Shown: positions 56,874-64,000 of the stretch, in pieces
How the letters are laid out: every line of letters begins with the position of its first letter
How positions within the stretch are numbered: position 1 is the stretch's first letter
From: Myxococcota bacterium
GTDB lineage: Bacteria > Myxococcota_A > Polyangia > Nannocystales > Nannocystaceae
DNA length: 64,000 nt
Reading direction: 5' to 3'
Assembly: GCA_039028615.1 (NCBI GenBank)
Contig: JBCCHT010000016.1
Location: 96,001 to 160,000 of the forward strand
The notes under the pieces: model-generated
The model's input: the letters and a program-made list of their open reading frames with translations, nothing else
The model's database searches: none
Told to the model about the DNA's origin: nothing
Position numbers and translations under genes: made by a program

Positions 56874-57761
56874 CTACCGGAGGTACCGGTAGCCGGACCA
56901 CGCCACGTACAGCTCGCACTGCTCGTCCATGATCGCCATGTGATTGGTGACGGTGAAGATCGTCCCCGTGCCGAGGTCGACGTCTTCGGTCGCGGCGACG
57001 TGGACCTCGGTGTCGTCGTTGAAGACCAGGAAGTGCAGGCCGATGAGGCCGCCATTGCACTGGGACTCGATCGCACACTCCTTCATCGGGGTGGCCTTGG
57101 CATCGGCGGGGGGCCAGTACGCCACGAGCCGGTCGTTGGTGCCCACCAGCCGCGGCTCGGGGTCGTCCTCGTCCCAGGCCGTCACGCCCTGCCAGCCGCA
57201 ATCTCCATTGGCCGAGTAGCCCGACCAGAAATCGACGCTGCCGCAGCCCTCGAAGTCGGGAGGGATGACCGCCGCGTCGCCGAAGTAGACGGTGTTGGAG
57301 GGCTGGGCCTGGCACATCTGATCGCAGCCGCCGGGGCAGGGCCGGACCTCGAGCGAGCCATCGGGGCCGGCGCTGTAGCGCCCGAGTAGCGATGCGCTGG
57401 TGCTGCAGGTGGCGAGATCGGGGTGGGACTCGAGGCCCTGTGCGGTGATGATCGTCAGCTCCAGCGGGCCGAACTCGGGCTCGCACTCGAGCGGGTCACC
57501 CGTGTCTTCGGCGGGAGGCCCATCGGTGTCCGGTGGTTGTCCCGTGTCCGGGCTGCCCGTGTCCACGCCGCCCGTGACGTCGCTTGCGGTGTCGTCAACG
57601 CCCGATGTGCTCGTGCCCGGCACGACGCCGCCCGATTGGCTGTCCGCGTCGGTGTCGGGGCTCGACTCGGTCTCGGCATCCTCCTCGGGATCGAAATTGA
57701 TGTTGATGGCCGTGCACGCCAGTGGGCCAGCCAGCGCGAGCAGGAGCCACTGCGGCTTCAT
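56874..57761 (-). CDS. Cys-rich hypothetical lipoprotein (paralog B)
   Basis: Lipobox PLAC. Shares CG...FW....NGDC.WQG and TN.M...D.QC....W with the upstream gene. Confidence 0.7.
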   Translation of the reverse strand: MKPQWLLLALAGPLACTAININFDPEEDAETESSPDTDADSQSGGVVPGTSTSGVDDTASDVTGGVDTGSPDTGQPPDTDGPPAEDTGDPLECEPEFGPLELTIITAQGLESHPDLATCSTSASLLGRYSAGPDGSLEVRPCPGGCDQMCQAQPSNTVYFGDAAVIPPDFEGCGSVDFWSGYSANGDCGWQGVTAWDEDDPEPRLVGTNDRLVAYWPPADAKATPMKECAIESQCNGGLIGLHFLVFNDDTEVHVAATEDVDLGTGTIFTVTNHMAIMDEQCELYVAWSGYRYLR

Positions 57762-58624
57762 TGGTGCGCCATCCATGAGATACGCGTGCGGCACTGGTCG
57801 TCGACGTTGGACATGCGATTGGTGAACGCGAAGTTCGAACCCGATCCCATGGGGAACTCCGCGGTGACACCGGCCGGGACGACGTAGTCGTTGTTGACCA
57901 CGACGTCCTGGACGCCCGTGGGCTGCGATCCGCACATCGGAGGATCGAGCTCACAGCCTTCCACGGCGGCGATCTTGATGTCGTTGTCCGGCCACGGCGG
58001 GACCTGGGACGTGTTGCTGCCCACGAAGACCGGGTCGGGCCCGAACTCGCCATCGAAGATCGCGAGCCCCTGCCAGCGACAGTCGCCGTTGAGGTCGGTG
58101 CCGGGCCAAAACTCGATGTCCCCGCACGCGGTGAAACCCGCGGGGAGGTTCAGCGAGGTCCCGAAGTCAACGATGTAGTCCACTTCCACGGAGCAGGCCT
58201 TGCAGTCGGGGCAGTAGACGAGCTCGAGTCCGTGGTCGACGGCGACGACTCGGCCAAACCACGGGAACAGAGCGCCGCAGACGTTGTCCGGGTTCACCGG
58301 GTCGCCGTTCCAGCTGTAGATGCTGATGTCGATGGGCCGTTCGGCTTGATCGCAGTCGAGGACGTCGCCCGAAGAGCCGCCCTCCTCGCCGCCGGTATCG
58401 AGATCGACGTCGGTCGTGGCCATGCCCGTGCCCGAGGTGACGACGCCGTCGTCGTCCGGAGCAGGCGCGGTCGTGGCCGAAGAGGTCGGCGAAGGTTCAT
58501 CCGTCGTCGCGGGGGCGGTGGCGGTGGCTTCGACTTCGGTGTCTTCGTACGCGGGGTTGATTGCCGAGCAGGCGCCGAGCCAGAGCGGCATCATCAATCC
58601 CAACCCGAGCGACCGATAGACCAT
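57758..58624 (-). CDS. Cys-rich hypothetical lipoprotein (paralog A)
   Basis: Lipobox LGAC, Thr-rich linker, ATGA overlap with paralog B. Confidence 0.7.
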   Translation of the reverse strand: MVYRSLGLGLMMPLWLGACSAINPAYEDTEVEATATAPATTDEPSPTSSATTAPAPDDDGVVTSGTGMATTDVDLDTGGEEGGSSGDVLDCDQAERPIDISIYSWNGDPVNPDNVCGALFPWFGRVVAVDHGLELVYCPDCKACSVEVDYIVDFGTSLNLPAGFTACGDIEFWPGTDLNGDCRWQGLAIFDGEFGPDPVFVGSNTSQVPPWPDNDIKIAAVEGCELDPPMCGSQPTGVQDVVVNNDYVVPAGVTAEFPMGSGSNFAFTNRMSNVDDQCRTRISWMAHQ

Positions 58625-58701
58625 GCCTCCATGGTCTCATCTTCCGGGGGCGGCCCCACGGCCCGACCCCCGGACGATGTTCGGACTCCTCTACGCCGTT
58701 G

Positions 58702-60411
58702 TCAGCGGGTCTCGGGAGTCATCGGACCTTCACCACCGTGCGTGTCGCGAATGTCCTGAGGCAAGTCGCGAGCAGCCACGATCTGCGTGAGCACATCGAC
58801 TCCCATCGTGGCCGTGCGTGCGTAGTCGCCTTCGTAGTCGACCGTGTACAGGCCGAAGCGAGGCTCGTAGCCCTCGGCCCACTCGTAGTTGTCGTACAGG
58901 CTCCAGTGGTAGTAGCCGCGGACGTCGGCGCCCTCGGAGCGCGCCCGCTCGATCGACTCGAGGGCGCGTACGATCGCCTCCGAGCGGCGCTGTCCTACCG
59001 CGGTGGCGATGCCGGACTCGGTCACCGTCATCGGCAGGTCGGGCCAGCGCGACGAGAAGTCGACCAGCCGCAGGTACAGCCCCTGCGGGTAGTGCTCGTA
59101 GTTCATCATCGGCACGTGATAGGTGGGGTCGAGCTCGGGCACGCACGCGCCTACGTCGATGCCGTTGAAGCACGGCGTCACGTTGATCAAGGGCAGCAGC
59201 CCGCTCGCCCCCGTGACCCCGGCGCGGAGGTAGTACTGCACGCCGAGCCAGTCGAGCGTGCCCGCCCACTCGGGGTGCGGCTCCTCGAGCTCGCCGTCGA
59301 GCCCGGGATCGAAGGCACCCTGGCGCAGGGACTCGATGAACAGCGAGTGATAGGCAAAGTCGACGCGCTCGACCGCGGCCAGGTCGTCGGGATCGTCGCT
59401 CAGCTGGTTGCCGCGTCCCGGCACCCACTCGATGGCGCCCTTGGTCAGGCCGACCACCGCGGCCATGCCATCACCGTCCGCGTCGATGGTGTCCCCCGCC
59501 TGCAGCGCGTTGTAGACCTCCACGTGCCCGGCGATGAAGTTGCGCGCGGCGGCGATGAAGGTGCCCTCCACGTCGGTGAGCAGCCCCTGCTTGCCCGGCG
59601 GGAACACGCCGAGCCCGTAGCCAGCGAGCAGGTAGTTGATGGGCTCGTTGAGCGTGACCCACTCGTCGACCCGGTCGCCGTAGCGCTCGGCCAGCAGGGC
59701 GGCGTGCTCCCCCAGCTCCTCGACCACCATCGGGCCGCCCTCGGTGTGGTTCCAGCCGCAGAGGTTCGCGTCGGTCGGTCCCGCCTCGCAGTCGGGGTCG
59801 CTGGGGTCGTCCACCCAGATCGGGTTGGAGAAGTGGTGCACCGTGACCATCGGGCGAATACCGGCCGCGAGCAGGGCGTCGATGAACGCGTCGTAGTGCG
59901 CGAGCGCGTCCTCGTCGATCATGTCGCGCTGCGGCTCGATGCGGGCCCACTCGATGCTGAAGCGATAGGCGTCCAGCCCCATCTCGCTCAGCAGCTCGAC
60001 GTCCTGCTGCGCCATGCTGAAGCCGCGCGACGCGTCGGCGATGAACTCCCCGTTGCCCAGGCCGCCCTCGGCGACGGGCAGGCTCCACAGGTACCAATCG
60101 ACCGACTCGTTCTGGTCTTCGATCTGGGTGGCCGCACTGGCGGCGCCGAAGCGGAAGCTGTTCTCGCCGTCGGGGCCGATCAGCGGGCCGAGCTCGCCGA
60201 AGCCCTCCATCGGCTCGCCGGAGCTGCTGCCTTGGGTCTCGTCGGCCACCGCGGTCTCGCTGCCCGCCGTGCCGTCGGTCTCGGCCACCGTCGTCGTCGC
60301 GTTGGTGGTGCTGCCCGCGTCCGAAGTCGTCGTCGCCGAGCCGTCGTCACCACACCCCAGGGTGCTCATCCCCATGAGCACCGAACCCAATGCTGCGCAA
60401 AATCGCTTCAT
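58702..60411 (-). CDS. Glycoside hydrolase family 1, lipoprotein
   Basis: FGAASAATQIE, YRFSIEWARI, TLNEP (acid/base), VTESG (nucleophile) and WSLYDNYEW. Lipobox TLGC. Confidence 0.92.
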   Translation of the reverse strand: MKRFCAALGSVLMGMSTLGCGDDGSATTTSDAGSTTNATTTVAETDGTAGSETAVADETQGSSSGEPMEGFGELGPLIGPDGENSFRFGAASAATQIEDQNESVDWYLWSLPVAEGGLGNGEFIADASRGFSMAQQDVELLSEMGLDAYRFSIEWARIEPQRDMIDEDALAHYDAFIDALLAAGIRPMVTVHHFSNPIWVDDPSDPDCEAGPTDANLCGWNHTEGGPMVVEELGEHAALLAERYGDRVDEWVTLNEPINYLLAGYGLGVFPPGKQGLLTDVEGTFIAAARNFIAGHVEVYNALQAGDTIDADGDGMAAVVGLTKGAIEWVPGRGNQLSDDPDDLAAVERVDFAYHSLFIESLRQGAFDPGLDGELEEPHPEWAGTLDWLGVQYYLRAGVTGASGLLPLINVTPCFNGIDVGACVPELDPTYHVPMMNYEHYPQGLYLRLVDFSSRWPDLPMTVTESGIATAVGQRRSEAIVRALESIERARSEGADVRGYYHWSLYDNYEWAEGYEPRFGLYTVDYEGDYARTATMGVDVLTQIVAARDLPQDIRDTHGGEGPMTPETR

Positions 60412-60603
60412 CGTGCTGTCTTCCGTGCGGCGGAGCATTCCACGGAGGCATATCGAACGGGGAGGGGACGGTGAGAGGAACCGCTCGGGTGCGCGACGGG
60501 CGATGGGGGTGTTCGTTGTTCGGCGCGGCGTGACGCAGAGTCGAGGGATGGCGCACGAACGAGGGGCCCTCGGCGATGGCCCCCGAACCAGCGATCATAG
60601 CGT

Positions 60604-63099
60604 TCAATGACCGGTGGGCCAGGGCTCGAACGCTCCGCCACATGCCGCGGGGGTACCGATGGGGCTGCCTGGCGGAGGTTCGGGAGGCTCGACGATGGTG
60701 GGCGCGGGGTAGTGAGGCCGCGCGAGCCAACGCTCGCTACGCTCGGCCAACGCCGACGCGGCCGCTCGGGCGCGCGCCGAACCCGGTGTCCGTCGAGCCT
60801 CCCGGACGAGCTTGCGCAGGGCATCTTCGGCCAGCGCCCGCACCCGGGGGCTGGCCCCTGCATCGGCGCCGAGCTTCATCAGGTGATCGGCGAGTCCCCG
60901 CTGGACCATCTCTCGTCGCCGTCGATCCGCGGTGCTCGACCCCGCGGGCGAGGCGAAGGCCTGGTCGTGCACCTCGGCCAGCAACTCGGCGAACCCCAGC
61001 GTGGCCGGGTCTCGCTCGTGCGTCAGCTCGAGGCGATGGGCCCGGTGGCGCTCGAGCAGGACGTCCAGGCTCATGTCGATGGCCGCGGCCGCGAGCGCAT
61101 CGGGGTCGAAGGCCGCGCCCGCGTGGCTCGGCAGGGCATCGATATGCGACTGCGGGGTGGGGCGCATGAAGCCGAGAATTCGATCGGGCACGTGCAGGTT
61201 CTTGGGCTCGAGCGTCCGCAGCACGGCCTCGAGGGCACGGCGTTGGTCGGCATCCGGCACGGAGACCACGGGGGCGCTCGGGTCCGCCACCATCGAGTGT
61301 CGCTGGCCGCCGATGAGTTTGGCCGTCGCGGCCAGCTGATACCGATGGAAGAAGTACAGCGGCGCGAGCGTCAGCTCCAGCGCCTCGGGGGCCGCCCCGG
61401 GGGCCGAGCGGTCGGGGGCAAAGCGCTCGAGGGCGATCGTTCGTACCGCCAGCACCTCGAGCAGGGCATCGACCGAGTCCGAGCCGTTGTCCCAGACATT
61501 GGCCTCGGGATGCGCCGCTCCGGCGGCGTGGGTCTGGGCGTCGCTCAGGTGCAGCAGACCCTCGGCTTCGGCCTTCGTGCGCAGCGCCTGCAACCCCGTT
61601 TGCTCGGCGTTGGGGTCGTCCCACTCGCGGTACAGGTACTCGAAGGCCAGCCGGTCCCACGCACCCAGGCCGACGCCATAGGCCTCGGAGAGATCGAGCT
61701 TCGCGTCGCGGCCTTCGCCGACCACGTGCACCAGCGGCGCGGGGTAGTCCATCACCGAGGCGCGTCCGTAGGTGCTGGCGGCGAAGTTGTGCTCGAAGCC
61801 CAGCGTGTGGCCGACCTCGTGGGCCGCGAGCTGCCGGACCCGGGCCAGGGCGAGCTCGACCGGATCCTCGGAGCCTCCTCGGCCGCTGCCTGCGGCGCCC
61901 ACCAGGCTCTCGAAGATTCGCCGATCTTGGCGTACCCGCTGCGAGCCGAGGATGACGCTGCCGCGCACGATCTCGCCGGTACGCGGGTCGATGATCGGGT
62001 GCCCGAAGGACCACCCTCGCGTGGAGCGGTGCACCCAGTGGATCACGTTGTAGCGCACGTCCATCGGGTCGGCGCCCTCGGGGAGCAGCTCGACGTGGAA
62101 GCCATCGGGGAAGCCCGCCGCTGCGAAAGCCTCGCTCCACCAGGAGGCGCCTTCGATCAACGCGCTGCGCAGCGGCTCGGGCGTGCCGCGATCGACGTAG
62201 TAGACCAGCGGCTGCCCCGGGACCAAGCGGTGCCGCTTCGCCAGCCGACGCTCGAGCGGCTCGTGCAGGGCGCTCGAGAAGTCGAGCATGCCCAGGCTCA
62301 TGTGGCCCATGCGGGCGTGCGCCTCGCGGGGTCGAAAGCCGTCGTCGGGCAGTCGGACGATCGAGTGGTGCTGTCGCAGGGTGAGCACCTCGTCCTGCGG
62401 CGGCGTCGAGCTGGCCCAGCGCCCCGTCTCGTCGGCGTCGAAGGTCAGCGTGGCCTCGAGCTCGATGTTGTCCGGGTAGACGCCGAGCGCGTCCAGCTCG
62501 ACCACGCTGCGATCTGCCTGGAAGCTCCACTGACCTTCGTCGCCGTCGGCCAGGCTCCGCGCGACTCCGTGGGCATCCGAGACGATCAGGGCGGTGATGT
62601 CGACGAGCACCTGCGGCGAGCCGGGATCGCGGGCGACCACCGGTCCCGCCCAGACGAGCGAGGTGGGGAACGCATCGTCGGTGGACCGCGCTTCGTCGGC
62701 ATCACCCGATCCGGCGACGAAGTGGGGATTGAGGAACTCGAACACCGCCTTTTCGCCCACGACCCGAAGGCGGGCGAGCTTGGTCGAGCCGGTCTCCGAG
62801 CGGTCGAGCCCGGCCGGGTTCGCGCCCAGCCCACTGGCGAGCCCTTCCACGTAGAGGCAGTCGAAGGGCGCGGAGGCGTCGAGCTGCACGTAGACCCGGG
62901 CGGTCTGCTCGTCGACCCACACGGGCAGCAGCCCGGAGTGCTCGACCATGCCTTCGGTCGTCTCCGTCAGCGTGGGGAGCTCGTCCTCGTCGTCCGCGGT
63001 CGCACCGGGCAGCGGTGCTTCGAGCGGCTGGCGGCCTCGTTTCGCACAGGCGGCCAGGCTCAGCGCGAGCGCGGTGATGTAGAGCGAGCGACGGAGCAC
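60604..63099 (-). CDS. Zinc-dependent metalloprotease lipoprotein (DUF5117/DUF4953 type)
   Basis: HEVGHTLGFEHNFAAS...SVMDYP and DPRTGEI. Lipobox LAAC after GTG 63099. Confidence 0.88.
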   Translation of the reverse strand: MLRRSLYITALALSLAACAKRGRQPLEAPLPGATADDEDELPTLTETTEGMVEHSGLLPVWVDEQTARVYVQLDASAPFDCLYVEGLASGLGANPAGLDRSETGSTKLARLRVVGEKAVFEFLNPHFVAGSGDADEARSTDDAFPTSLVWAGPVVARDPGSPQVLVDITALIVSDAHGVARSLADGDEGQWSFQADRSVVELDALGVYPDNIELEATLTFDADETGRWASSTPPQDEVLTLRQHHSIVRLPDDGFRPREAHARMGHMSLGMLDFSSALHEPLERRLAKRHRLVPGQPLVYYVDRGTPEPLRSALIEGASWWSEAFAAAGFPDGFHVELLPEGADPMDVRYNVIHWVHRSTRGWSFGHPIIDPRTGEIVRGSVILGSQRVRQDRRIFESLVGAAGSGRGGSEDPVELALARVRQLAAHEVGHTLGFEHNFAASTYGRASVMDYPAPLVHVVGEGRDAKLDLSEAYGVGLGAWDRLAFEYLYREWDDPNAEQTGLQALRTKAEAEGLLHLSDAQTHAAGAAHPEANVWDNGSDSVDALLEVLAVRTIALERFAPDRSAPGAAPEALELTLAPLYFFHRYQLAATAKLIGGQRHSMVADPSAPVVSVPDADQRRALEAVLRTLEPKNLHVPDRILGFMRPTPQSHIDALPSHAGAAFDPDALAAAAIDMSLDVLLERHRAHRLELTHERDPATLGFAELLAEVHDQAFASPAGSSTADRRRREMVQRGLADHLMKLGADAGASPRVRALAEDALRKLVREARRTPGSARARAAASALAERSERWLARPHYPAPTIVEPPEPPPGSPIGTPAACGGAFEPWPTGH

Positions 63100-63179
63100 G
63101 GGCAGAAGCGTAGTACCCGAGTCCCGCGCATTAGAAGGGACACGACCAGCGAAAGTCCCTGCGCAGTCGAGCGCGGGGC

Positions 63180-63644
63180 TTAGCCTTCGACCCAGCCGTC
63201 GTCGGCCAAGGCCTTGCGGGCTCGCTCGAGCGCGGCGGAGGCGGCCGCGTCGTCGGAGAAACGCTCGGCGACCTCGGTCTTGAGCACGCCCCCGTCGACG
63301 CTCAGTCGAGCCTCGATAGTGCGGCCTCCGGCCGTGAATTTCATCGCTGCGGCGGTCGTCAGCTCGGCGTCGGGCACGACCGACAGCGCGGGAGCAGCGG
63401 GCGCCGAGCTGGCCGCCACGGCATCGCCGGCGTCGTCGTAGCCCTTGCGGCGCTTGGACCCGGAGACCTTGTCGAGCTCTTTGCGGGCCTTGGCCTCGCT
63501 GCCGAGCTCCTTGACCTGGGTCTGGCCGTTGGTGCCGATGCGGCCGTAGTTGACGTACAGCGTGCCGCCCTCGATCCGCGCGCGCCAGAACTTGCGCGAG
63601 CTTCCGTCGACGAGCTGAAGGCTGACTTCCCAGGATTCGCTCAT
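63180..63644 (-). CDS. WGR-domain protein
   Basis: GSSRKFW...VNYGRIGTNGQ...KRRKGY. Confidence 0.9.
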   Translation of the reverse strand: MSESWEVSLQLVDGSSRKFWRARIEGGTLYVNYGRIGTNGQTQVKELGSEAKARKELDKVSGSKRRKGYDDAGDAVAASSAPAAPALSVVPDAELTTAAAMKFTAGGRTIEARLSVDGGVLKTEVAERFSDDAAASAALERARKALADDGWVEG

Positions 63645-64000
63645 TGTGGCCCCCCGCCATCGGCGGCATCGCGAAGCGCGGCCGCTCGTTCGAGCAGGGC
63701 ACGACCCTGCGCGTGATCGGTCATGTGCACGTAGGCCGCAAAGCCTTGCAGTCGGTCGAGGGAATCGGGGCCGGCCTTGCCCTTGCTGCGGTTGTGCAGG
63801 GCCGCTCGCAAGATTCGCCGCAGCTTGCGGGGCACCCGAGCGGCGGCGATGGTCGTCTCGGTACCCTTGGTGGGCGCGTTGACGACCAGGCCCGTGACCT
63901 TCTGGCGACGCCCCGAACGCATGACGCGAGTCTTGGCGGGGTGCACCTTGAAGCCCTCGTTGGTGACGATGCTGCGCACCCGATGGAGCAGCTTGCCCAC
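63641..64000 (-). CDS. Retron-type reverse transcriptase, C-terminal part (5' end outside window)
   Basis: EGFKVHPAKTRV...QKVTGLVVN (retron VTG motif), then RRILRAALHN and LQGFAAYVHM. The YADD motif is not in the window. Confidence 0.8.
   Translation of the reverse strand: MGKLLHRVRSIVTNEGFKVHPAKTRVMRSGRRQKVTGLVVNAPTKGTETTIAAARVPRKLRRILRAALHNRSKGKAGPDSLDRLQGFAAYVHMTDHAQGRALLERAAALRDAADGGGPQ

Noticed and set aside
60604..63702. 1032-aa ORF as one protein
   Set aside because: The first ~200 codons overlap the WGR gene out of frame. The signal peptide begins at 63099.

Overview
High-GC bacterial DNA that looks myxobacterial (Ser/Thr kinase-TPR proteins, MYXO-CTERM tails, MXAN_5187- and MXAN_6640-family genes, many low-complexity lipoproteins). 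Most long ORFs in the six-frame track are antisense shadows. There are about 55 real CDS. Main modules: (1) a 14.6-27.6 kb island marked by five copies of a Fur-family-like 19-bp box, holding Ni-SOD (sodN/sodX), DUF3570/DUF4266/DUF2271/TlpA envelope genes, a tubulin-tyrosine-ligase-like ATP-grasp enzyme and 2-aminoethylphosphonate genes (PEP mutase plus a fused decarboxylase-transaminase). (2) An RNA repair locus, rsr(Ro60/TROVE)-rtcR-rtcBA, with two sigma54 promoters and a tandem array of three Y-RNA-like units after rsr. One unit has a circularly permuted tRNA-like domain with a G3-U70 pair and an internal ACCA. (3) A 59-aa double-glycine-leader peptide, absent from the ORF track, directly upstream of a JmjC oxygenase: a candidate new RiPP system. 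(4) An RND pump, a pentaheme cytochrome and, at the right edge, a retron-type RT coupled to a WGR protein. All calls come from motifs read by eye. No database searches were run, and start codons are best estimates.
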